Part shown: positions 51,560 through 64,000 of the stretch, one piece after another | Layout: the number at the start of each line of letters is the position of its first letter | Numbering within the stretch: the stretch's first letter is position 1 | DNA from: Octopus vulgaris | Taxonomy: Eukaryota | Length of the DNA: 64,000 bases | Direction of reading: 5' to 3' | Assembly: GCA_951406725.2 (NCBI GenBank) | Contig: OX597820.1 | Coordinates: forward strand, 66,960,001 to 67,024,000 | Translations under genes and position numbers: made by a program | The notes under the pieces: model-generated | Told to the model about the DNA's origin: nothing | The model's input: the letters and a program-made list of their open reading frames with translations, nothing else | Databases searched by the model: none

Positions 51560-52690
51560 AGTTTTAAGCGCCTGGAAATGCCAACGAGGAATTGATCAGT
51601 TTCACTCGGGAAATTTTTCTCTCGCAGATTCCTTTCGATCTGGGTCGACCAAATTCTGTCATTATTGAGCTTCTGAAAACAATAGTTGAAATCTAAAGTA
51701 AACTGCACGAAAATTAGCAAAACAATCCAAGTCACACTTCGATCATAAAACACCTTTGCGAACTAGGAAATGTGTCTAAATTTGGTCAGTGGACCCCTCA
51801 TCATCAGCTTAATCGAATAATTGCCTTCTGCTCAACATTGAAGAGAAGACCTGCCACCGAATCTTTCTTTGGTAGAATCATTACAAGTGATGTTTGGTGA
51901 GTTCTCTACAATCGTATTCAACGAAGACGACGATGGTTAGCACTCAATGAAAAAGGAGAATCCATCCCCAAACCAGGATTGTAAATGGAAAAAAAATTAT
52001 GCTCGGTGTTTGGTGAGTATTCTACGTAAGGGAGTGTTAAACCAAAATGAAACAAATTGATAATTAGAAGCATTGCACAAAACATTTGCAGAAAGATGCC
52101 CATCATTGGTTAATCGTAAAGGGATATTGCTCTTACATGATAATGCAAGGCCATATATTAAACAAGTCACAGAAAAAAAGATTATGGCACTACATATGAA
52201 CTTTTGCTTCATCCTCCTTACTCTCCTTCATTTGACTAACACCTTTCCAGTTAATTGCGACATTATTTAGTTGGAAAAACGCGGTGAACTGGCAGAGTTG
52301 TTAGCACACTGGACGAAATGCTTAGCGGCATTTCGCCCGCCGCTACGTTCTGAGTTCAAATTCCACCGAGGTCGACTTTGCCTTTCATCCTTTCGGCGTT
52401 GATAAATTAAGTACCAGTTGCGTACTGGGGTCTATCTAATCGACTGCCCCCCTCCCCTAAAATTTCAGGCCTTGTGCCTTTAGTAGAAATGATTGTTTAG
52501 TGGGAAAACAATTTATTAGTTGTGAAGAGGTTAAAATGATTTTGAGTGTTTGCTTTTAAACCTGGAGAATTTGCCAAACAGATGCGATTATGTTATCAAC
52601 AATTAAGGAGGGAATATTATTTGATAAAATATAACATTTTGTTTCTTTCCCTTCCTGAAATGCGACAGGACTTTCTTTCTACCCTAACAG
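51560..52690 (+). pseudogene. Mariner transposase relic interrupted by a SINE (52281-52490)
   Basis: FHSGNFSLADSFRSGRP, SKFGQWTPH (WVPHEL-like), RIITSD, PKPGL, GILLLHDNARPY. TIR-like 3' end at ~52660-52690. Confidence 0.8.
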
Positions 52691-53190
52691 AGAATATGAT
52701 GACGGACTTCTTTTCATTTCTCTAACGAGAAAATTGAGCAGATTCCTGATACGATTTTTCTCTCGTATGCAAAACGAAAACAACCAATGAAAAAGAAACT
52801 CTGTGTTTGCGCACGCGTACGACTCTGGGTGCATTGCAATAGATGTAAGGTATATGCGTAGATTGATATACGCTTATAGATGGATATACGTTTATATACC
52901 TATATACATACACACGCAAGCACACACACACACACACACACACATACGCACATATTAATTAGCCCATCCGTTCTATTTTAGCAAGAGAAAGAGAAAATAT
53001 CTTCCTTCTTCAGTTACTTTGTAGCAAAAATAATTAAAATTCACCATTTAGAATTGCGCTTAATCTATTTCGCATTAATTTTGTAGATAATAAAAATGAT
53101 AAAATGACAACCACACACACACACACACACACAGACACACACACACACAAGTTGGAACTAGTGTGTGCAAGCATTATTATGTATACAGCA

Positions 53191-53590
53191 AGGCGGCGAA
53201 CTGGCAGAAACGTTAGCACGCTGGGCGAAATGCGTAGCCGTATTTCGTCTGCTGTTACGTACTGAGTTCAAATTCCGCCGAGGTCGATTTTGCCTTTCAT
53301 CCTTTCGGGGTCGATAAATTAAATACCAGTTACGCACTGGGGTCGATATAATCGACTTAATCCGTTTGTCTGTCCTTGTTTGTCCTCTCTGTGTTTAGCC
53401 CCTTGTGGGCAGTAAAGAAATAACGTATTTCGTTCGTCCTAGCATTCTGGGTTCGAATTCCGTCGAGGGTGACTTTGTCTTCAATCCTTTCGGCATCGAT
53501 AAAATAATACCATTTGACCACTAGGTCCGATGTAATTGACTGTTTCCTTCCCCGAAATTTTCGGAACTCGTGCCTCAAGCAGAAAGAATT
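53191..53590 (+). mobile_element. Young SINE A joined to an older A-prime body
   Basis: Tail gtaaagaaata followed by acgtatttcg and a diverged second body. Confidence 0.85.
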
Positions 53591-53620
53591 ACTATGTACA
53601 AGATCTGACCAAAAAGTATC

Positions 53621-53944
53621 AAAGGACACCCTCTTCGGTCATGAATGACCATAGGATTGCACATAGAAAGTTACCCGCCCAGGCACAATTCCGGTCAAGT
53701 TTGTTTATGGAAGGCCAGCAGTCGCCTCCTCTCTCCACACCACTGATGTTATCCAAGGGAAAGGCTAAGGCCGATACAGTTTGGCACCAGTGACGTCGCA
53801 ACCCATTTCTACAGCTGAGTTAACTGAAGCAACGTGAAATAAAGTGTCTTACTCAAGAACACAACACGCTGCCAGGGCCGGGAATCGAACTCACAACTAC
53901 ACGATCGAAAGCTCGACGCTCTAACCACTGAGCCATGCGCCTTC
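53621..53944 (-). mobile_element. SINE family C
   Basis: Head gaaggcgcatggctcagtggttagagcg...gagttcgattccc. Homologous to 830-1158. Confidence 0.88.
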
Positions 53945-54213
53945 GCAGTATCAGAACGGGTGCTATAAAAATGAAGAAGTAATGTCATAGTTTCAGCTTA
54001 CAACATTCCGTTACTCAAACTTACGTATCCCGGTCTTTAGACAATGCTCAGACGTGACGGCCGGTGTATCAAATGGTGCTCCAGTTGCTGTCAGTTTTAT
54101 CAACTTGATTCGGGCAAGCGGCAGGTTAGTTGAGGCATACATTATATATGTATTTCCATTTAACTGGTTCTGCTCTGTGGCTGTGAGAATCGATCTAAGA
54201 TTTATTTTGTTTT

Positions 54214-54516
54214 TGTTTGTCCCTTCTCGAGCCACGCCTGGCTCATAAGGGCCAGTTTCCCGGTTTCCTTGACGTATAGGTTCCCCGCCTGGACGGGACG
54301 CCGGTCCGCCGCAGGTGAGCAGCAAGATGCAGGAGGAAAGAGTGAGAGAAAGTTGTGGCGAAAGAGTCAGCAGAAGTTCGCCACATTACCTTCTGCCGGA
54401 GCCGCGTAGAGCTTAGGTGTTTCGCTCATTAACACACACGTCGCCCGGTCTGAGATTCGAACTCGCGATCCCTCGACCGCGAGTCCGCTGCTCTAACCAC
54501 TAGGCCATGTGCCTCC
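54214..54516 (-). mobile_element. SINE family D, full length
   Basis: Head ggaggcacatggcctagtggttagagcagcgg...gagttcgaatc. Confidence 0.88.
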
Positions 54517-54614
54517 AGATCAGTTCTTGGCCATTTCCCCTGTTCGCAGTTCTATTCTATCTTTGCGAGCAAGAAATGTAATGTAATGTAATTCTCCTTT
54601 GCTCTTTTACTTGT

Positions 54615-54810
54615 TTACTTGTTTCAGTCATTTGACTGTGGCCATGCTGGAGCACCGCTTTTAGTCGAGCAAATCGACCCCATGACTTATTCTTTGTATG
54701 CCTAGTACTTATTCTATCGGTCTGTTTTGCCGAACCGCTAAGTTACGGGGACGTAAACACACCAGCATCGGTTGTCAAGCGATGTTGGGGGGACAAACAC
54801 AGACACACAA

Positions 54811-54880
<70 letters not shown>

Positions 54881-55042
54881 GACGGGCTTCTTTCAGTTTC
54901 CGTCCACCAAATCCACTCACAAGGCTTTGGTTGGCTCGAGGCTATAGTAGAAGACACTTGCGCAAGGTGCCACGCAGTGGGACTGAACCCGGAACCATGT
55001 GCTTGGTAAGCAAGATACTTACCACACAGCCACTCCTGCGCC
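54615..55042 (-). mobile_element. SINE family B
   Basis: Full reverse-complement match. Confidence 0.9.
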
Positions 55043-55319
55043 TTGTTTTTTTTTTATATCTTATACCCTGATATTTAGAGTAAGTAATGAATTAACATGA
55101 TCAACTTCCAACAACTATCCGTTCAAAATAAAGAAGGAAAGAATTCCTTGGAACACCATGTCCAACGCAAAAAAAACCCAGAAGAACAAAACAATCGGGG
55201 GAGAGAGAAAAATAAAAAGAAAGAAGGAAGGAGAGGAAGGGAAAAGCCGGTTGGAAAGTCTATCATAGACTTACTCGATCAGAAGTGACTCGGGGATAGG
55301 CAACAACAGCAACAGGAAC

Positions 55320-55671
55320 AGTTACTACTACCGCCACCATCTCCACCATCACCCCATCACCCGCACCAATACTACTACTGCTAACACAACCACCACCATC
55401 GCCACCACTATCATTACTGCTACTACTACTTTTACATTTACTACCACCACCACCACCACCACCACCAATACCATTAATACCATTAATACTACTATTTTTA
55501 ACACAACCACCACCACCATGACTACTACTACTACTACCACCACCACCACCACCACCATGACTACTACTAATACTACTACTACCTCCACCACCACTACCAC
55601 CACCAATACCATTAATACTACTATTATTAACACAACTATCACTACTACCACCACCACCACCACCACCATGA

Positions 55672-55709
<38 letters not shown>

Positions 55710-56010
55710 ACTACTACTACTACTACTAGTACCTCCACCACCACCAATACCATTAATACTACTATTATTAACACAACCATCACCATCACCAACACCATCA
55801 CCACCACCACAACCACCATGACTACTACTACTACTTCCACCACCACTACCACCACCAATACCATTAATACTATTCTTAACACAACCACCACCACTAGCAC
55901 TACTACCATCACCACCATCACCACCATCACCACCATCACCACCATCACCACCATTGATACTAGCATAATCACCATCACCCACCACCACCATCACTACCAC
56001 TACTACCTCA
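55320..56010. repeat. Compound (CAC/TAC/CAT)n low-complexity tract with a recurring ~35-bp unit
   Basis: ccaataccattaatact...ttaacacaac recurs at about 55465, 55602, 55744 and 55855. Confidence 0.9.
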
Positions 56011-56500
56011 GTAACGTTTATACAACAATGACAGCAGCAACGACAACATCTAATTCATAGATATCAGTTGCTTATCGACGATTCCTATCAATTCCTCTCA
56101 TTTAAACATGATGTTAATCTATAATTGATTCACATCACTGTTAAATCACTGTCTGTTATGATCTTGCTTTTTTTTTTTTTTTTTGGTCTCTACCTACATT
56201 AGCTATAATGGAATGACTTGCTGAAGAATACAATGCCATAACTATACTTAAATCATAAACACAGGAACAAGAACTCCCAAGGAATCTGTTTTTCATTGAT
56301 TCCATTTTGTGTACCAAATACTGAATTGTGTCTAAGAGTTAGCTTGTATCTCTCTGCGCTACATAAAACGTCTTCTATATTATTTATGCATTTTTTAAAG
56401 GAATAATGGATCTCGAAGCACTTAGAGCTAGAAATAACAGAATGTAGATATTAGATTGAAAAACACTTTTAGATAGAGAAAAAGTCGATGGCTGCATGAC

Positions 56501-56811
56501 GGACTCGAACTCACATCTCCTGTAGAGATGACAAGCCCTCTACCGCAGGACAAAGCAATCCTGCGATTTCTTTATCCATTTCAGAAACTTTATTCTTATC
56601 AGCGAGAATTGTATTTTAGTAATGTCATCAGAGTAAAAAGGAATGGTAATCACCCGTGATCTTCTACGTTTTCAGGAGTGTGAGACGTTCTGGCATAGCC
56701 GTCTAGGCGCCGCCCATTTGGCGTCACTGATTCGGCGCTGACTTATTTGATATCCGACGTTTTGATGGTTTTATTGTTCCCTCCCTTCCCTCCTCTCATT
56801 CTCTCTCTCTC

Positions 56812-56853
<42 letters not shown>

Positions 56854-57006
56854 TCTCTCTCCCTATCTCTCTCTCTCTGATGATATTACCAAAATACAAT
56901 TCTCGCAGGTAAGAATAAAGTTTCTGAAATGGATAAAGAAATCGAAGGACTGCTTTGTCCTGCGGTAGAAGGCTTGTCATCTCTACAGGAGATGTGAGTT
57001 CGAGTC
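56501..57006. repeat. Inverted pair of ~133-bp arms, each ending in a tRNA-like segment
   Basis: 56501-56633 is the reverse complement of 56875-57006 with few mismatches. Confidence 0.9.
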
Positions 57007-57715
57007 CCACAGGAAGCCATTTCTCTTAATGTGTTTGAGGAGAGGGATAGCGTTTATATCGATCATGTTCATTTCATAAACTTTAATATCTCTCACTCTT
57101 TCTGTCTGCATATGTATATTTAGGGGGACGTAAACAAACCAACGTCGGTTGTCACGTGATGGTGGTGGGGTAGGGAGGGACAAATATAAGCACACACACA
57201 CATATACGACGGGCTTCCATGCAGTTTCTGTCTATTAAATTCACCCGTATGGTATTGGCAGGCCCGGTGCTATAGTAGAAAACATTTGCCCAACGTGCCG
57301 TGCAGTGGGACCGAACCCAAAATCGTGTTGTTACGAAGAGAGATTCTCAATCTCACAACCATGCTTACACCTACAGGAAGAAGTTAGAAGCTCTTCGCGC
57401 TTTTTTGACTTTGTGGTACGCTGAAGATCAAAAGTTAAAAGATCTACAATAGAAAAAATATATCGCTTTGCAGCCGAGTGGTTTCGACTTTAGATCCGTT
57501 GTATTGCACTTTGGGCGTGTGTCTTCTATTATAGCCTCAAGCTACTAATGCCTTGTGAGTGAATTAGGTAGACGGAAACTGTGCAGAAGCCTGTGGTGTG
57601 TGTGTCGTGTTTGACCTTCACAGCTTCTTGACAACCTTTGTAGGTTTGTTTATGTGCACGTAACTTAAATACTCAGTAGTGACCACTTCCCTTAACATTA
57701 ACCATTGCTCTTAAA

Positions 57716-57806
57716 GTTGACCACTATTGTCCTTCACGTTGACCACTACTGTCCTTCACGTTGCTCACTACTGTCCTTCACGTTGACCACTGTTATTCAC
57801 GTTGAT
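57716..57806. repeat. 22-bp tandem repeat (~4 copies) inside a family B SINE
   Basis: gttgaccacta(c/t)tgtccttcac units. Confidence 0.85.
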
Positions 57807-58044
57807 TAACGAACCAACGAAGAAGCATCTACGCGGTCGCTCGACTTGTTACAAAGAGCAACTAAAAAAAATTATCTTAAACCATACTCTTAAACATCTT
57901 AAAAAGCAAAAGAAGGCGAGTATTGTGGAGTCATGGATATCATACATAAATTATCATAATTAGATAAATTTTCACCGGTGTTAAGCAGTGGTGGGGTCAA
58001 ACACAAACGCAAACACACGCACACACATACAAACACACACATAT

Positions 58045-58083
<39 letters not shown>

Positions 58084-58232
58084 AGAGAGACAGCGAGCTT
58101 CCACACAGCTTCCGCCTATCATAATTCACTCCCAAGGAATTGATCGTCTCGGATCTATACTAGAAGACAGTTGCCCATAGGTAAAATATGCGATGGCGAT
58201 GGTTGTAGCGCTTTGATCATTAGATAAGCTTA

Positions 58233-58452
58233 AGGCGATGAGCTGGTGGAACAGTTAGTGCCCCGGGCAAAATGCTTAGTGGCATTTCATCCGTTTTTAC
58301 GTTCTGAGCTCAAATTCCGCCGAGATCTACTTTCATCTGCCTTTCATCTATTCGGTGTCAATGAAATAAGTAACCGTAAAGTACTGGGTCAATGTAATCG
58401 ACTTGTCGCCTCTTCCACATTATCAGGCGTTGTGCCTATAATAGAAAGGATT

Positions 58453-58547
<95 letters not shown>

Positions 58548-58726
58548 CATTGTATAACACTCACAGCTTATTTTGCTGGGTATGATAGTTTCAAATTTTG
58601 CAGACTAAGGTGACACTAGTTTACTGGTCATGCTTCAAGAACCCTGCGAAGAATTCTTGTATAATAATGCTGATTTTTGTAGGTGTTCTACCTTCACATT
58701 TGCACCGATCTTTTTCAGCCATGTTG

Positions 58727-58778
<52 letters not shown>

Positions 58779-59174
58779 CTGCGAGTTGGCAGAAACGTTA
58801 GCACGCCGGGCGAAATGCTTAGCGGTATTTCGTCTGCCGTTACGTTCTCAGTTCAAATTCCGCCGAGGTCGACTTTGCCTTTCATCCTTTCGGGGTCGAT
58901 TAAATAAGTACCAGTTACGCACTGGGTCGATATAATCGACTTAATCCGTTTGTCTGTCCTTGTTTGTCCTCTGTGTGTTTAGCCCCTTGTGGGTAGTAAA
59001 GAAATAGAATTAGGTATTTCGTCCGTCTTCACGTTGCGAGTTCAAATTCTGCTGAGGTCGACTTTGCATTTCGCCCTTTTGGAGTCGATAAAGTAAGCAC
59101 CAGTTGAACGAAGTCGACTGATCTCGTCCCCCAAAATTGCAGCCCTTATGGAGAAATTTGAAACTACTACTACA

Positions 59175-59239
<65 letters not shown>

Positions 59240-59460
59240 TATCCAAGGCGGCGAGCTGGTAGAAATGTTAGCACGCTGGGCAAAGTGCTTAGCAGCATTT
59301 CATCTGTCTTTACGTCCTGAGTTCAAATTCCTCCGAGGTCGGCTTTGCCTTTCATGCTTCCGTGGTCGATAAAATAAGTACCAGTGAAGTACTGGATTCG
59401 ATGTAATCAGCTTGCTCTCACCCCCACAAACTTTCAGGCCTTGTGCCTATAGTAAAAAGG
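58233..59460 (+). mobile_element. Cluster of co-oriented family A/A-prime SINEs separated by (ATT)n/(ATC)n tracts
   Basis: Copies at ~58233-58448, 58779-59006, 59012-59165 and 59245-59460. Confidence 0.85.
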
Positions 59461-59943
59461 TTCATTAGACAAGTTTGATCACGGCTGACCTGCGTCTAAA
59501 CCACAACGTTGACACGTCCGTCACATTGACTATGAGCAGTAAGTATATTTAGAATAGATTACTATGGTTTGCTATAATATTTTGACTTACTACGGTGCTG
59601 GATCGTACAGAGAAGAGCTAAAGAAGTATGAGGTACTGGGCGGGATGGTGGTGGTGATGGTGGTGGTGCTCGTGGTGGTGGTGGTGTTGGTGAAGGCAAT
59701 GTCACTTAGCCTAAGCTGTCTTCTAGAACATTGCTCTTACCATTCTGTTTCGAATAGTAAAAAAAAAAATCATAAGATATTATTAAATACAGTAAAGTAA
59801 TTTAAAAATAGCTTAAAATGGAAGTTTGAGGAAATTAAAAAAAAATCCCTAATAAGAAAATTAAAATAAAAAAAATTAAGAAAAATGGAAAATCTAATTT
59901 TAAAAATGAAATAAATACGTGAAACAAAGTAAAGAAATATACA

Positions 59944-59994
<51 letters not shown>

Positions 59995-60139
59995 TATATA
60001 TGTACATGCACACGTACACACTTACATACACACGTATTTATTATACACAGGCATACTAAGTGACATATACATATATTTTTATACAGATAAATATTTAAAT
60101 ATAGCTATATTATATATACATACATGTAAATGTGCGTCA

Positions 60140-60175
<36 letters not shown>

Positions 60176-60177
<2 letters not shown>

Positions 60178-61618
60178 CCTTCGAGACCTTTTGGTCCATA
60201 GCTCCTTCCCTGACCCTACCTCCCAACCCGGCTCGTTCCCCTGCTCCCGCCCACGTTGCCGCACTTGCCCTTACCTCTCCAACACCACCCGCCTCACTAG
60301 CACCCACCATCGACCCTATCCCATCATCCACTCCTTCACCTGCACCTCCAGCAATATTATCTATTGCATCTCTTGCTCTCTCTGCAATTCCTTGTATATC
60401 GGACAAACGGGACGCCGCTTGGCTGACCGGTTCGCGGAACACCTTCGTGACATCCACCTTGCGAACGACACACCGGTCTCACGCCATTTCCGCTCCACCG
60501 GTCACTCCTTGCAACACCTATCTGTGTTCGGTTTGTCCTTACACAGAGGCCATCCGGATTCCCGTTTGCGCCGTGAACAGGAATTAATCTTCTCTCTTCG
60601 CTCTTATACGCCATTTGGTCTCAACTCTCCCCCCCTCCTCATCTAACCCCCCCTCTCCCCCCCTCCTCACCTATCCTTTCTCCCCCCGACCCCTACTTCT
60701 ACAGTCCTTCATCCTTTCACCCCTACTCCCTTCCCTTCTTCCCTCTTTCTCCCTCCCTCTTCCCCTTCCCTCTGCTCCCTCACTCCCTCTCTCCCCCTCT
60801 CCCTCTTTCCTCCTTCATCCCCCTCCTCCCCTTCCTTCTCCCACATCCTCTCCTCTTCCCCCTTCTCCTCCCCCTCTTCTTCCCCTCGCCTTCTCTCCCC
60901 CTCTTCTCCCCCTCCCCCTCTTCTCCTCACTACACCACATGACTTTACACATCACATCACATATGATGTGCCATACTAATACACACACCAACTAATACAT
61001 ACTAATACGTACTAATACATACCAGTACATACTAATACTTACACCAACCCTATACATACACACGTCCAGACCCCGCATACGCACTTATACTCTCTCTCAC
61101 ACACACACACACACACCTATACATACCAATACGTACTAATACATACTAATACATACTAATACATACACCAACCCCATACATACGCACGTCCAGACCAATC
61201 TTACGCACTAATACTCTCTCATACACACACACACACACACACACACCCTTATACATACTAATACATACACCAACCCTATACATACACACATCCAGACCCC
61301 TCCCACGCACTTTTAGCTGGTCCCTCAACCCTTTTATCAACCCTATTATCTCCCCTTATTTCGCTCTCGCGTCTCATGTTTGATCTTTGACCTCTGGCCG
61401 AAATCAGATCGCCATGTTGATTCGTTAGCTACTGCACGCATTTTTTTCTCTCCTTCTTTCTGTGTTTTTCTCTCTCTGTGTATCTTTCTGTTGAAGAGCG
61501 TAGGCTCGAAACGTTAAAGACTTGTTTTATTTATATTTCCTGAGCGCCATACTAATACAATTGTTCGTTTGTTTTCCACCTGCCTTCGTCTTTTGTTTAT
61601 TTTCATAAAGCTTCCCGT
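60176..61618 (+). mobile_element. 5'-truncated Penelope-like element (Neptune-like GIY-YIG endonuclease) between (TA)n tracts
   Basis: Open frame 60176-60646: NLRDLLVHS...PCSRPRCRTC...FTCTSSNIIYCISCSLCNSLYIGQTGRRLADRFAEH...PVSRHF...RREQELIFSL...PFGLN. Hammerhead-like motif at 61483-61520. Confidence 0.9.
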
Positions 61619-61645
61619 TATATATATATATATATATATATATAT

Positions 61646-63285
61646 GTCATTGTTCAGTTTCATTTCAAGATTTCTTGCCAATAGAGAAAGAGCTGGTTTC
61701 TAACCTAAATTCAAGCTCTCTTCATTGGAAGTTCAACATCAACAACAGGGTATTATTGTATGTGTATGTATGTATGTATGTATGTATGTATGTATGTATG
61801 TATGTATGTATGTTTTGCTTTATGTATGTATTTTCATGCATATAGTTGCTTATCTAGACATGCTCATATATATATTTAAATGATCAACTTCTGGAAAGTT
61901 TTACAGATATTTTACAGTTCCAGTGATGGATTGGATCTGTAGTCTTCGAATTAGCTTCCTTCTTTCTGGTTTTGAGGAGCCTAATTTCTCAAGATTGGTA
62001 TTTAGGCAATGTGTTACATATCCCAGGGCCCCAATAATCACAAGTATAAACCTGAAATTGTAATCTGGATAGAGCATCTGAAGATTTCTCAATAGTTCAG
62101 CGTAGGTGTTCTCATTTTCACTGATCTTCAGCTTTATATTAAAACTGGGCAGCTAATTTCTACGACTATGCACGGTTTCTCTTCTCTGTCAGGTCTGTTG
62201 TGCTTACATTTTATTGAAGTCTTCACTGTGACATTCCACCAGTACTCCATTTTATTATGAGTGGCTATGGCTTCTACCATATTGTGGGTTCTTAAATCTT
62301 TGTCCTCGGGGGTTATCCTTCCGAAATATTTTATTATATTGTGTCCTAACTACATTATGTATCATCGGTAGATAATACCGTGATGACATTTTCAGACAAC
62401 TGCTTATGATGTGGGTGATATCTTTGGTGTTAACTCCACAAAGTCTGCATCAGTTGTCACATTTTACTGCTTTTCCTGCATCTCCATCCCTTTTGTGCAT
62501 CAGATATTTGGTTGATATTTCCTGTTCCTGGATTGCAAACGCATACACTTCAAAGTGGGTGGTAGTAATCCGGCTTTTGATCCATGATAATCTGCTTTGA
62601 TGATAGATGTTACTATCATCTCGGAGCTTTCTACTAACATATCTATGCATAGTCTTCTGCTCATATAGGCTCACCCTTTCATCTGATGATACGTTGCGAT
62701 AGAGTCGTGCGACTTCTTTGGGCATGTATTCTAGGTTATGAAACAAAGAATGTTGCTCAAGGAGCTGCCTTCCAAGTCTTATGATGTTATCAGCCTCTTG
62801 TATGCAAACTTGGTCAAGGGATGCACTTCGACTCTTGGTGGTTAAAGGATGTTGCCGAATGGATATGATATGACATTCAAAGGCATTTTAGATCGATGTT
62901 AAGCCTCTGACATCTTCCTTTCGTTTTAAGTAAAGGCGATCTACGTCATTGTTTATGTGGAAATTATTTGTGCTTGTTAGTATTTTTTGGGGTTTCACAT
63001 CAATGGCTCGGATTTCATGAAGCGTTTATTCAAGCATCCCAAAAGTTAGTATGAGTACAGGTTTTATTGAATGCAGAGAGTTCTGATGTCCAAATTTTCT
63101 TTATTCAGTTGTAATATTCTTTAGTGATACGTGTTTTATTACAGGTGCCATTGCAAGATATGTTTTCAGCCAACCCTAGATACCTGTACCATTCTTCGTC
63201 AGATATAGGGGAAACAGTCAGATCATTGATGGAGATGTTACTAGTCTGGTTTATAGTTTTCCTCCTTTTCACAACCATCTGTATG
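61646..63285 (-). mobile_element. 5'-truncated, decayed R4-clade-like RLE LINE ending at a (TA)n tract
   Basis: Minus strand: WYRYLG...KTRITKEYY...SELSAFNK...DVDRLYLKRKEDVRGL...YAFAIQEQEISTKY...VIIGALG...QSITGTVK. (CATA)n inside the 3' UTR. Confidence 0.85.
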
Positions 63286-64000
63286 TGTCTCTTCTATTTT
63301 TTAATTATTATAAATCTTCCACCGAGGAGGGAACCGGTTTCCAACAAAGATAGAAGGCTCCATCTTGGGATATAGTTAACAGAGACAAATTCACATTTGG
63401 TATGTATGTATGTATGTATGTATGTATGTATGTATGTATGTATGTATGTATGTATGTATGTATGTATGTATGTATGTATGCATGTATGTATGTATGTATG
63501 TATGTATATACACATTCATGTGTGTGTGTGCATACATACACAGACACATATACAAAAATGTACATACGTACATACATACATAAATACATAGAACAGCTTT
63601 TTACTTACAAGAAGACTTAAATTATTAAAACCACGAGAGGAACATACAGAGGAGGGTTGTCCCCAGAGTAATGCACGAATGGACATATCTCTTTTTGCAG
63701 CTGACATTGGTCTTTCGAATAGCACACGACGTCTTTTCTTCCTCAAAACTAAGGTAATACTCAACATAACGTCCATCATAAGCGATGCATTTATGTGCTA
63801 TTCTTGAACCTAACTCTCGAAGCCATTTTGAAAACATTTAGGCGTGTACCGTAGTACACACTTATTCATAGTCCTTCATTGGGTCGAACAGATGGGAGTC
63901 GGGCTGCTCAGCAGTCCACCATCTACCGTTTATCGTAAATCTGGGTTGGATAGTGGATGCGATACCATTAAACAACCTAATTTGTCGATTGGTCTGTTTA
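63286..64000 (-). mobile_element. Probable 3' end of a related retroelement (continues beyond window)
   Basis: gaaccggtttccaac...aggctcc block resembles 61690-61725 and is again adjacent to (CATA)n. Coding identity unclear. Confidence 0.45.

Noticed and set aside
54440-54516. Functional tRNA genes (also 24623-24695, 53870-53944, 32746-32800)
   Set aside because: A and B boxes are present, but I see no complete acceptor stem. Most continue into multicopy SINE bodies, and 32746-32800 is a truncated head.
54698-55071. Recurring ORFs such as LLSVSVYQIHSQGFG and RNLNSERNGRRNTA as a protein family
   Set aside because: They are translations of SINE families B and A.
60615-60995. Pro/Leu/Ser-rich ORF
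   Set aside because: CT-rich low-complexity tract in the 3' region of the Penelope-like element.

Overview
AT-rich, microsatellite- and SINE-dense eukaryotic DNA. The repeat families suggest an octopus (inference). The first 11.4 kb hold the last six coding exons of a Dachsous-type atypical cadherin on the + strand (539-750, 2645-2930, 3082-3263, 4838-5072, 7236-7407, 8796-11397). All introns are GT-AG with matching phases, and one exon is absent from the ORF track. I recognise no further host gene in the remaining ~52 kb, which is a mosaic of mobile DNA: at least five SINE families, R4/Dong-type RLE LINEs inserted in (TAA)n or (TA)n tracts (one full-length but decayed), several Penelope-like relics, RTE, hAT, pogo/Tigger and mariner relics, MITEs and a 19-bp minisatellite. 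The most notable unannotated structure is a set of hammerhead-ribozyme-like motifs with recurrent non-canonical cores, one with a 92-nt insertion in stem II. Also notable are long intronic hairpins in the cadherin pre-mRNA, a calcium-ligand-free cadherin linker, SINE self-insertion and a 190-bp locally templated inverted insertion. Family names come from motif recognition, not database searches, and relic boundaries are approximate.
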